DNA of 64,000 nucleotides from Candidatus Sumerlaeia bacterium (GTDB lineage: Bacteria > Sumerlaeota > Sumerlaeia > SLMS01 > JAHLLQ01), in NCBI GenBank assembly GCA_019634695.1, contig JAHCAW010000003.1:3397-67396 (forward strand). The letters run 5' to 3'. Below are positions 37,719 to 46,003 of the stretch, in pieces (within the stretch, counting starts at the first letter, position 1; the number at the start of each line of letters is the position of its first letter). Under the pieces are notes generated by a model, which was given only the letters and a program-made list of their open reading frames with translations, was not told where the DNA came from and ran no database searches. A program made the translations under genes and the position numbers.

Positions 37719-38684
37719 ATGGAACCTGATGAGTCCATATCGGCAGAGCTGAACCACTGCTACGACACCTTCGGCGTCGGCGGCGAGAGCGTGGTCTGCC
37801 ATCCGCGTTCTGGCGAGATTTCCGCGAGTGATTTGGCGTCCTTGGCAACCCGACAGCCCGACTGCAGAGTCAACCCGGTCTTGTTGGAGAAGGCATGGAA
37901 GGAGTTGACCTGGCTCCTGCCGGGTGTCGATCTTCCCTTCGGAGAGGCACTCCCTGTTGCCTGCCTTAGGGGTCTCTATGCGCAGACCGCGTGGTACTAC
38001 GGCTTCTGCATGGGCCAGCCGAGGCACGAAGTCGGCAATATCGATCGAATCTCGGAATGGATGTGCGCCTATGCCCGGTCGGCGTGTGCGGGCTCCGATC
38101 CATTCTTCGGAATGCTGACTCGCGAAATGCTCGCGAGCCTGACGAACCGGATTCGGCTGACACTGAAGTGGCACGCGGGCGGGCTCTGTCCGAGTTATGA
38201 ATGGGAGGGCCACGCCCGCACGCTCGGCGCGATCTCGGACGATACCATGCGTCTGATCGACTGGATCGCCTCGGACGATTCGGCAGGGGCGCGTTACGCG
38301 TGCGTGGCCTGCGCAGAAGCCCTGCTGGCAGCGGGCAATGCGACGGATGACGATCCATGGGAAGGGGCGCTTCCCGCTGCTGTCTCCGAATTTGAGCTGC
38401 ACGGGTGGCCGCCAAACCGAATCCAGTACTTGTGCGAGAAGCTCAACCCCGATACACTGCATACCCGCGTGGACCAAGCTCTTCTGGACGGGTCGCTTGA
38501 GTTTGCGTGGCCCCGCATCGGCAGCGTCCGCAATGCCCTGGCCGACCTGCCGAAAGCATCCCTGGACCGGAGCATCGCGCGCGTGGTGCGGGACCTTGAG
38601 ATGGACCTGAAGGTGCTGGGCCTACCGGAGTTTCTGGACTCCTTCCCTGATGGCGCGCGAGGCGATGCATTCTCTTGTGACTGA
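37719..38684 (+). CDS. Hypothetical protein (321 aa), ORFan
   Basis: ATG lies 5 nt after the previous stop. Composition is coding-like and Cys/Trp-rich. No family recognised. Confidence 0.5.
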   Translation: MEPDESISAELNHCYDTFGVGGESVVCHPRSGEISASDLASLATRQPDCRVNPVLLEKAWKELTWLLPGVDLPFGEALPVACLRGLYAQTAWYYGFCMGQPRHEVGNIDRISEWMCAYARSACAGSDPFFGMLTREMLASLTNRIRLTLKWHAGGLCPSYEWEGHARTLGAISDDTMRLIDWIASDDSAGARYACVACAEALLAAGNATDDDPWEGALPAAVSEFELHGWPPNRIQYLCEKLNPDTLHTRVDQALLDGSLEFAWPRIGSVRNALADLPKASLDRSIARVVRDLEMDLKVLGLPEFLDSFPDGARGDAFSCD

Positions 38685-38685
38685 G

Positions 38686-38859
38686 ATGGAGGCCATGATT
38701 GCCCGGGTTCACGACATGGCGTCCTCTGCCGCGTGTGGCGAAGGCCGGATGCCGACCGTCGAGGAGGTCGAGGGCCGGATACGGCGCTCTCGCGAGAGCC
38801 AGCGCGGAGTCAGCATCCCTTACGGGAGACTCACCACCAGCAGCCACTTGGCGAAGTGA
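38686..38859 (+). CDS. Possible small protein (57 aa)
   Basis: ATG lies 2 nt after the upstream stop (MEAMIARVHDMASSAACGEG...). Positional evidence only. Confidence 0.2.
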   Translation: MEAMIARVHDMASSAACGEGRMPTVEEVEGRIRRSRESQRGVSIPYGRLTTSSHLAK

Positions 38860-39097
38860 TGGAGTTGCCGATTTCCTTGCCCCCCGATTCGGGCTTGAAT
38901 GGCCCGACGCTTTGAGCGTATCTGATCCGGCGGCGAGGGGCTCGTCAGGCGGGAGGCGGGCGGGTGGTCTGTTCGGTACCGTCTTGTGCCGCCTGCTCCA
39001 GTGCGGAGCCTATCAGGGGAGGAGTACAGGCGCAGCACTCTCGGATGGACCGTTCCCGTTTGGGCTGAGGCGCCAGTTGCTGATCGGGGAGAGTCCC

Positions 39098-40138
39098 ATG
39101 AACTTTTTAGTGGTTGTTGGTTTGTCGGTTCTCTTCGCAGCCTCCAGTGCGTTTCCGACCTCCGCCTTTGCGGAGCCCGGCTCGGAACCCGGCACCGACG
39201 CAGGAGTCGCGGCCCATGTGGTTCGCGTGGAGCCCAATGATCCTGCTTCTGAGGACTCAATTCTCGGCTGCGCCGAGTGGGCCGCATCCGAAGGCCTCGA
39301 CGGGTTGTCGAGCGTCCTGGCCGTCGAGCTCTGTCGTCTGGGGCAGTCCAACGTTTTCCCGAAGGACTGCTTTCGCCGTTTGGCGGTGAGTCACGAGTAC
39401 AAAGAGGACACGCTTTGGAAGAACGTTTTCGCGGCGACGCGGTTCCGTTCGATCCGGGCCAAGAGCATAGCCGATTTCCGTCAGCACCCGGAGGAGGCGA
39501 AAGGAGACGTGAGCCGGTGGTTGACGATTTGGAGCGTCGTTCTCGATGGCGAGCACGTATTGTTGGTCCAGATAGGTGGCTCGGTATCGGATGATGGCTT
39601 GGTCGCGGACGAGTTGGTCATCGGTTGCATGGGTTCGTCGGGTTTCGCCGAGGAGGTCTGCCAGGACTTGGCCTCGGCGGCCGCCGCGCGCGGAGTTGGC
39701 TGTGACGAGGTAGATCAGCGCGTACTCCCCGGAGTGTCCGAAGTGATCGTCGCACGGCGGGACGGGCGCTACATCGCGGCCCGCTTCTCCCGCGTCGAAG
39801 GTGGCGATCCCGAATTGCATGTGACCCAGTTGACGAAGGATGGCACGGCGGGGTATCGCGTGGCGAGTGATCTCACCGTCAAGTTGCCCCCGAGTCACCC
39901 GGCCACTTCTGCATGGACGCAGCTCAAGATCAAGCGGCCGGTCGGCGACGAGGCGAACGCCGGCGACGAGGGCGCGGCCGACGAGTATGCTCTCATATTC
40001 AAGACCGGAGCGTTCTGCATGGCCGGCTGGCCGGAGTATCACTACGTTTCCGCAGAAGACGTCGCCAAGCATGGTATCGAGGCCGTCGTCGATTGGCTGG
40101 AGCGAGTTCGCGCGGAGGAGTTGCAAGAGCCCGAATAA
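39098..40138 (+). CDS. Hypothetical secreted protein (346 aa), ORFan
   Basis: GGGAGAG RBS and signal peptide MNFLVVVGLSVLFAASSAFPTSAFA. No family recognised. Confidence 0.55.
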   Translation: MNFLVVVGLSVLFAASSAFPTSAFAEPGSEPGTDAGVAAHVVRVEPNDPASEDSILGCAEWAASEGLDGLSSVLAVELCRLGQSNVFPKDCFRRLAVSHEYKEDTLWKNVFAATRFRSIRAKSIADFRQHPEEAKGDVSRWLTIWSVVLDGEHVLLVQIGGSVSDDGLVADELVIGCMGSSGFAEEVCQDLASAAAARGVGCDEVDQRVLPGVSEVIVARRDGRYIAARFSRVEGGDPELHVTQLTKDGTAGYRVASDLTVKLPPSHPATSAWTQLKIKRPVGDEANAGDEGAADEYALIFKTGAFCMAGWPEYHYVSAEDVAKHGIEAVVDWLERVRAEELQEPE

Positions 40139-40246
40139 CGCGCCGGCGCTGGCGGTCTGTGCGTCGGAGTGGCGTGGAAACCTCATGAGGTCGTTGCCCC
40201 TGTTGAGGAGAGACCTTCGGTGGATCATGGCGCACAGGAGGACAGG

Positions 40247-40609
40247 ATGCTGACCCAAGTGGCACGACGTACGATCAAGTCGGGGGCCTTGGTGTTCGTT
40301 GCGCTGGTGATCGTCGTGTACGCCTGTGAAGCCACCCGGGTGATGTTCCTCATGCGGACCTACCAAGTGTCCATTGACTGCGCTGAATGGCCGGGAAAGG
40401 CACAGGATGTCGAGAGTATGGTGCAGTCTGGACTTGAGGCGACTCGCCTTGACCCAGCCAAGTTCCTGATCACGGTCGAGGACTTCCATGAGCCGACCGA
40501 TAGCTGGTCTGTGGTCCTGACGGGTGAGGATGGCCAACTCTGGCATGGAAGGCTACGCAAGACCGCGGAGGCCCCTCGAGTCGAGTTCTCGTTTGGAATG
40601 GCGTTGTAG
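40247..40609 (+). CDS. Hypothetical single-pass membrane protein (120 aa)
   Basis: Strong AGGAGGA RBS before ATG 40247. One TM helix, SGALVFVALVIVVYA. Confidence 0.5.
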   Translation: MLTQVARRTIKSGALVFVALVIVVYACEATRVMFLMRTYQVSIDCAEWPGKAQDVESMVQSGLEATRLDPAKFLITVEDFHEPTDSWSVVLTGEDGQLWHGRLRKTAEAPRVEFSFGMAL

Positions 40610-40786
40610 AGTGTGCCCAACGGCGGCCTGTCCGCCGAATCGGCCTTGAGTGCTGCGTGCGGCTTCGCGTGCAGCCAAGTTGAATCAGAGGGACGCCTTC
40701 AGGGGAGCTGTCGCGAAATCGAAGGGTGAAGCGATGTGCGGCCGCGTGGGCGGCCGCATTCGAATCTGCCGAATGGTTGGCGCGCG

Positions 40787-41419
40787 ATGAGCGGGAAGAG
40801 CGTCTTTCAGGGCCTTGTCGTGGTTGTCGCGTGGGGGGCAGCGGGGATCCTGACGTCGATTGTCCTGGCTGCTGTCGCTCTCATCTTTGGGGGCGCCATC
40901 TACTACGTCGTGATGGGCGTCGTGGGGCTTCTTGCGCTCTCCTCTGCGTTCACCAGCATGCGCGAGAAGTCGCCGAAGCGCTCGTTGGCGCGTTGGGCGT
41001 TCGCTCTGGGTTTCTGCCTGAGGACGGCGACGGGCTTTCTCTATGCCACGCATCTGATGGCCAACGTGCACTTGCTCGCGCGGCACTGGCAGTCGGAAAG
41101 CGTGTTGTGGCCTATCCTCGTTGTCGAGACCATTGCTTGTGAGGGCGCGGCCTACAGAGCCCATCGCCACGTCAGTTTGATGACGCCAGATGTGATCGCC
41201 GTGGGCGCGACCGATCCGTTCACCAACCAACCTCTACGCGCGTCGAACAGCGGGTTCCACTACAGCATCGGCCCGGACCTGATCGACCAAGGGGCAGTCC
41301 TCCTGTACGATCCGTCGAACGGGACGCTGAGCACGGGTGACATCATTGCGGGTTGGGATCGCTTGACGCAGCCGACTCGCATCGTTGATCCGCATTTCAT
41401 GCCCCCGCCCCGGCAGTAG
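40787..41419 (+). CDS. Hypothetical membrane protein with a C-terminal YDPSNGTLSTGDI motif
   Basis: 3-4 TM helices. The C-terminal motif resembles pseudopilin/DUF1559-type tails. An alternative GTG start lies at 40736. Confidence 0.45.
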   Translation: MSGKSVFQGLVVVVAWGAAGILTSIVLAAVALIFGGAIYYVVMGVVGLLALSSAFTSMREKSPKRSLARWAFALGFCLRTATGFLYATHLMANVHLLARHWQSESVLWPILVVETIACEGAAYRAHRHVSLMTPDVIAVGATDPFTNQPLRASNSGFHYSIGPDLIDQGAVLLYDPSNGTLSTGDIIAGWDRLTQPTRIVDPHFMPPPRQ

Positions 41420-41438
41420 ACGGATCTCGCCGGCGGGA

Positions 41439-42593
41439 TCAGCGTTGGGCGGCGGGGAGGACTTCTGCTTTCAGTTCCTGCCAGCGTCCCTGTGCGATGG
41501 CCTCGCGCATGCGCTCGCACAGGCGCAGGAGGTAGCGCAGGTTGTGCAGCGTGGCGAGGATGCCGCCGAGCATTTCGTTTTGCTTGGCGAGGTGGTGGAG
41601 GTAGCCGCGGGAGAAGCCGCCGGTGCAGGCCGGGCAGTCGCAGTCCTCCTGGATGGGGCGCGGGTTGCGGGCGTGTTCGGCGTTGCGCAGGTTCAGGTCG
41701 CCGGCGGGATGGAAGACGCGCCCGTTGCGGGCGTTGCGCGTGGGCAGCACGCAGTCGAACAGGTCGATGCCGCGGTCGACCGCCTCGACGAGGTCGCGCG
41801 GCGTGCCCAGGCCCATGAAGTAGCGCGGCCTGTCGGGCGGCAGTTGTTCGACGGAGGCCTCGAGCATCGCGTAGGTGGTCTCGCGCGCCTCGCCGACGGA
41901 GAGGCCGCCGACGGCGAAGCCGCGGGCTTGCGGCGCCAGCGCGACGGTGCGTTGGGCGGAGGCGCGGCGCAGGTCCGCATTCATGCCGCCCTGCACGATT
42001 GGGAAGAGCGCTTGGTGGGGCTTGAGCGGGACGGCGAGGCAGCGCTCGAGCCAGCGCAGCGTCCGGTCCGTCGAGGCGGCCAGTTGCTCGCCGGTCATCT
42101 GCGCGTTGGGGCACTCGTCGAATGCCATGACGATGTCGGCGCCGAGGGCGCGCTGGATTTCGATGGAGCGCTCGGGCGTCAGGTCCACGAGCGAGCCATC
42201 GACGGGCGAGCGGAACGTGACGCCGCGTTCGTCGATGCGGCGCAGCTCGGCAAGGCTGAAGACCTGGAAGCCGCCGGAGTCGGTGAGGATCGGGCCGTCG
42301 TAGCGCATGAAGGCGTGCAGGCCGCCGAGGTGCTCGATGATCTGCTCGCCCGGACGCAGGTGCAGATGGAACGTGTTGGCCAGAATCACCTGGGCGCCGA
42401 GTTCGCGCAGCTCGCGCGGCAGCACGCCCTTCACGGTGGCCTTCGTGCCGACGGGCATGAAGCAGGGCGTCTGCACGGCGCCGTGCGCGGACAGGTACGT
42501 GCCGCATCGCGCGGCGCCGTCGCGTGCGCGCAGGCGATACTCGAAGACCTCGGGCTGTTCCGTCGTCGGGTTGCCGGTGGCGGTCACGATCAC
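41439..42593 (-). CDS. tgt: Queuine tRNA-ribosyltransferase
   Basis: TPCFMPVGT, ILANTFHL, TDSGGFQ, GLSVGE, CDCPAC...YLHHL. GTG 42593 overlaps the upstream TGA (GTGA). Confidence 0.93.
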   Translation of the reverse strand: MIVTATGNPTTEQPEVFEYRLRARDGAARCGTYLSAHGAVQTPCFMPVGTKATVKGVLPRELRELGAQVILANTFHLHLRPGEQIIEHLGGLHAFMRYDGPILTDSGGFQVFSLAELRRIDERGVTFRSPVDGSLVDLTPERSIEIQRALGADIVMAFDECPNAQMTGEQLAASTDRTLRWLERCLAVPLKPHQALFPIVQGGMNADLRRASAQRTVALAPQARGFAVGGLSVGEARETTYAMLEASVEQLPPDRPRYFMGLGTPRDLVEAVDRGIDLFDCVLPTRNARNGRVFHPAGDLNLRNAEHARNPRPIQEDCDCPACTGGFSRGYLHHLAKQNEMLGGILATLHNLRYLLRLCERMREAIAQGRWQELKAEVLPAAQR

Positions 42594-44023
42594 TCGATCT
42601 CCGTCGCCTGCATGCGATAGGTCCACGCGTCGAAGTACAGATTGCCGCCGTTCCATTCCACCTCGCCGCGCTGGAAGTCGACGGGCTCGGAGCGGAAGTG
42701 CTGCTTGGGCGGAACGAGTTCGGTGCCGTAGTCGTCGTTCGACACGAGGCGGTACGGATCCATGTTGCCGAAGTTGAACCATCGCACGGCGGGATCGTCC
42801 GACGGGCGCAGGCCGCGCGACGGATCGGCCGGCAGCCAGCCGTAGGGCTCGACATGGAACTCGGCCCAATCGTGCATGTTCACGCGGCCGGGCAGCAGCG
42901 ACCAGCCCGATTGCCACTTTGCCGGCACGCCCTCGATGCGGCACAGCACAATGAACAGCAGCGCCTGGATGCCGCAGTCGCCGCGACGATGCGCCGCGCA
43001 CCAACCGCTCAGGTTCGGGATCGTGCCGTACTCCAGCGCCGACGTGTAGCGGATGTTGCCGTCGATCCACTCGAAGATACGGCGGGCCTTCAGGTAGGGG
43101 TTCGTCTCGTCGCCGACGATCTCGCGGGCCAGGGCGCGCAGCTCGGGCGTGAAGGCCAGATGCGGCGGGCGCTCGGCGGTGAACTCGCGCACGACGCGCG
43201 CATCGGGATCGTGCGGCACGATGGCGGCCGGATCGACGATCTCGACGCGGGCGAAGGTGGCGAACTCGTAGTCGACCTCGAAGAGGGTAGGCTCGCCGGC
43301 GACGGCCGGGCGGCGCAGGAACACGGTGCGCTGCATCGTCTCGTTGGGCGCCACGACGGCCTCCGCCGGATTCGACGACAGCAGGCGCACGCTGCTCTGC
43401 GTGGGCGTCTGGCGCGGGAACACGAGCCAGCAGCGCACCTCTTCGCCGGCCGGAACGACGTCGGGCTTGACGGTCAGCGTGTAGCGAATCCGGAAGCGCG
43501 TCGGCGCCACCAGGCTGGACTCGGCGGCGCGGCGCATCTCGAGGTAGCCGGCCATGCGCTCCTCGATGCTGATCTCGCGGTCGCCGGTCGGTGCCGGCGC
43601 GTCGGGCGTGCTGCGGCGCGCGCGTACTTCGGGCGACAGGCGGAACAGGTTGCGAATGGCGCGCTTGAAGAAGCGCCGCTCGCCCTCGATCACGCGGCCT
43701 TCGAGCAGGCCGGCCGCATACCATGCATCGATGTCGGCGGGGGTGAGGTCGGGAATCTCGGCGGCGAGGTCGCGGAACAGCTCATCGTCGCCCAGCGTGT
43801 GCTCGGCGCGGATGCGGTCGAGGCGTTCGACCTCGTAGAGCAAGGCATGGCGCTCGTCGTCGGCGAGCCCCTCGCGCGCGGCGGCCTGCTCCAGCGCCAC
43901 GCGCGCCTCGGCGAACCGCCCGCCGTCGATTGCGGCCTGAATGTCGTTCGGAAGCTGCCATCCGAAAATGAATGCGTTCATCATCACCATCACTATCACC
44001 ATCGCGGGAAGTCGGGCGGTCAT
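42590..44023 (-). CDS. Transglutaminase-like domain protein with signal peptide
   Basis: MTARLPAMVIVMVMMNAFIFG. The core GDCGIQALLFIVLCRIEGVPAK...HDWAEF...AD has the Cys-His-Asp arrangement. Its ATG overlaps the upstream stop (ATGA). Confidence 0.8.
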   Translation of the reverse strand: MTARLPAMVIVMVMMNAFIFGWQLPNDIQAAIDGGRFAEARVALEQAAAREGLADDERHALLYEVERLDRIRAEHTLGDDELFRDLAAEIPDLTPADIDAWYAAGLLEGRVIEGERRFFKRAIRNLFRLSPEVRARRSTPDAPAPTGDREISIEERMAGYLEMRRAAESSLVAPTRFRIRYTLTVKPDVVPAGEEVRCWLVFPRQTPTQSSVRLLSSNPAEAVVAPNETMQRTVFLRRPAVAGEPTLFEVDYEFATFARVEIVDPAAIVPHDPDARVVREFTAERPPHLAFTPELRALAREIVGDETNPYLKARRIFEWIDGNIRYTSALEYGTIPNLSGWCAAHRRGDCGIQALLFIVLCRIEGVPAKWQSGWSLLPGRVNMHDWAEFHVEPYGWLPADPSRGLRPSDDPAVRWFNFGNMDPYRLVSNDDYGTELVPPKQHFRSEPVDFQRGEVEWNGGNLYFDAWTYRMQATEIE

Positions 44024-44283
44024 GGCCGGGGATCCTTGTACGGGGCGGCGTCGCCGAGCGCCCCCGGGGGAAGTGGACTGCCGTGCCGGGCAAGGCGTTG
44101 CGCCCTCGGGCACGGGACGCTGCCCCACGAGCAGTAGATGCAGCAGGCTCCCTCGGCCGCCCGGATCACGCGCCCGCAACCGGGGCACTCCCACGCCAGC
44201 ACCAGCGCTTCCTCCGGCATCTCCTCCATCTGGAAGGCGCCGCACTCGGGGCATTTCACAACGCTGTGGAGTTCGATGTGCAT
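44020..44283 (-). CDS. GDCCVxC-domain small zinc-ribbon protein (Cys form)
   Basis: KCPECGAFQMEEMPEEA...WECPGCGRVIRAAEGACCIYCSWGSVPCP matches the CxxC...CxxC...G-D-C-C-V-x-C-S-x-G family pattern. GGAG lies 5 nt upstream of ATG 44283. Confidence 0.65.
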   Translation of the reverse strand: MHIELHSVVKCPECGAFQMEEMPEEALVLAWECPGCGRVIRAAEGACCIYCSWGSVPCPRAQRLARHGSPLPPGALGDAAPYKDPRP

Positions 44284-44363
44284 GCTGCTCCGCGCGCGGG
44301 CCGATGCCTTCGCGGAACGATTCCCGCCGGCCGAGCACGTTCGGCAAGCGGAAGTTTGTTCCT

Positions 44364-44541
44364 CGTGGTTCGCTCTTCGTGGTTCGTGGAACCGGAACCT
44401 TGCAGTGCCCTGCAATCCACCGTGGCCGGCAGATCGAGCAACTCTCCCGTCGGGCGCGTGCGCCTTCGCGAGTTGAAGCGGAGCGCTGGGCTTGATCGCT
44501 GCCGCGCCTCACGAACCACGAACCACGAACAACGAACCACG
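44364..44541. repeat. Inverted arms of heptanucleotide repeats around a 118-nt core
   Basis: Left arm: CGTGGTT CGCTCTT CGTGGTT CGTGGAA (44364-44391). Right arm: CACGAAC CACGAAC CACGAAC AACGAAC CACG (44510-44541). The right arm starts 2 nt from the TAG of the 44543-46003 gene. Confidence 0.9.
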
Positions 44542-44542
44542 C

Positions 44543-46003
44543 CTACGTCCGCCAGAACACGCGCAGGCGCGTGAAGACCGCCACGGCCGCGCCGAGCAGC
44601 AGCGTCTTGATGGCGGCCCAGGCGGCTCGCGGCCATGGACCGCTGAAGACCTTCGTCACCGCCCATTGCTCGAGGCCCGTCAGCGCCATCACCGGCGCCA
44701 GCAGGTTGCGGATGCCGGCGTAGGCCAGCATCGGGTTCTGCCCGTTGGCGATCAGCAGGCCGAATGCCCGGCGCGCGCCGAACAGGTCGATCCAGACGGT
44801 CAGGCTCAGCAGCAGGAAGCACGAGAGCCCGGCCGAGACGAAGTAGTAGCTCATCGTCGACGGGTCCTTCTTGATGCCGCCCTCGGTCGGCTCGAACAGC
44901 ATGCCGACCGCCAACCAGAACGTGCCCCACACGAGCAGCCCGCGCAGGAAGCGCTCCGCGTCGCCTTCCGGTCGGCGCACCACAAGCATCAGCGCGCCGC
45001 ACGCTGCCAGCGCCACCAGCGGCGTCAGCGTCGTCCATCGCGCCTGCAAGCCGACGTGCACGAACACCACCACTGCGAACAGTCCCGCCGCCAGCGCGCC
45101 GATGCGCCATCGATTCATCGGCGGTTCGCTGTCCGCGGATTGCCGGCGCGCTTCCATCCAGGCGAGCAACTGGTCGCCCACGATGGTGCCTGGCACGACG
45201 ATGAAGAGGTACTTCAACCACGCGAAGTTGTACAGCCAACCGAACTCGACCTTCCATTCGCCCAGGCGCACCATCGGCGCCATCCACACGTTCACCCACG
45301 AGCCCGAGACCTTGTTTGCTTCGAGTGCCGCGTACACGAGCCCGAGCCCCGCCACGCGCATAAGAATACTGTGGCGCGTTGCCAGCCAGTACAGCGACCC
45401 GAACACCGCCATGTTCGCCAGCACCATGATGATGATGTCGAATCGCCGCACGGTCCAGCCCCCGCCGCGCGGGTAGACGATCGATTCGAGCAGGCCCCAG
45501 ATCATCAGCAGCCCGCCCAGCCGGATGCCCCACTGCACATCGCGCGGCCATGTGTCCGGGAATCGCCCGAACAGGGCGAACAGCAGGGCGAAACCGAACA
45601 GCGCCGTGATCCACGTGCGCGCGTCCGGCGAGGAATTCATGTGGTACGGGGCCAGATTCTGGATGATCACGGCGAACGCGGCCAGCGCGATGCCGCGGCC
45701 GACGATGCCCGGCACGATCCTGCCCAGCGAGACGCCGCGCCGCAGCCTGCCCGCCAGCGCCAGCGGAAACGCGGCGCCCATCGAGAAGAGGAACGCCGGA
45801 AAGACGAGGTCCACCCACGTGTAGCCCGGCAGCGCCGCATTGAAGACGTGCGTCGGCGGCGGTTGCTGCGCATGGTACATCCACGCCGGCAGGGTGTGGT
45901 TGCGGAAGGGCACGACGCCGGACAGGCACATCGCCAGGATGGCAAGGCCGCGCAGGGCATCCAGCGCCAGCGCGCGCGACGGGGCGTCAGAAGACTTCTT
46001 CAA
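44543..46003 (-). CDS. DUF5009 / HGSNAT-like acyltransferase-family membrane protein (NagX-like)
   Basis: ALDALRGLAILAMCLSG at the N-terminus and about 11 TM helices. The only upstream start in frame is TTG 46003, which overlaps the ROK gene by 17 nt. Confidence 0.65.
   Translation of the reverse strand: MKKSSDAPSRALALDALRGLAILAMCLSGVVPFRNHTLPAWMYHAQQPPPTHVFNAALPGYTWVDLVFPAFLFSMGAAFPLALAGRLRRGVSLGRIVPGIVGRGIALAAFAVIIQNLAPYHMNSSPDARTWITALFGFALLFALFGRFPDTWPRDVQWGIRLGGLLMIWGLLESIVYPRGGGWTVRRFDIIIMVLANMAVFGSLYWLATRHSILMRVAGLGLVYAALEANKVSGSWVNVWMAPMVRLGEWKVEFGWLYNFAWLKYLFIVVPGTIVGDQLLAWMEARRQSADSEPPMNRWRIGALAAGLFAVVVFVHVGLQARWTTLTPLVALAACGALMLVVRRPEGDAERFLRGLLVWGTFWLAVGMLFEPTEGGIKKDPSTMSYYFVSAGLSCFLLLSLTVWIDLFGARRAFGLLIANGQNPMLAYAGIRNLLAPVMALTGLEQWAVTKVFSGPWPRAAWAAIKTLLLGAAVAVFTRLRVFWRT

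Noticed and set aside
38699-39097. N-terminal 133-aa extension of the 479-aa track ORF.
   Set aside because: The extension is Arg/Pro/Ser-rich and lacks an RBS. The internal ATG 39098 has a GGGAGAG RBS and opens directly into a canonical signal peptide.
43979-44005. Simple-sequence-like run atcatcaccatcactatcaccatcgcg.
   Set aside because: On the minus strand it encodes the hydrophobic core of the transglutaminase signal peptide (AMVIVMVMM), so coding constraint explains it.
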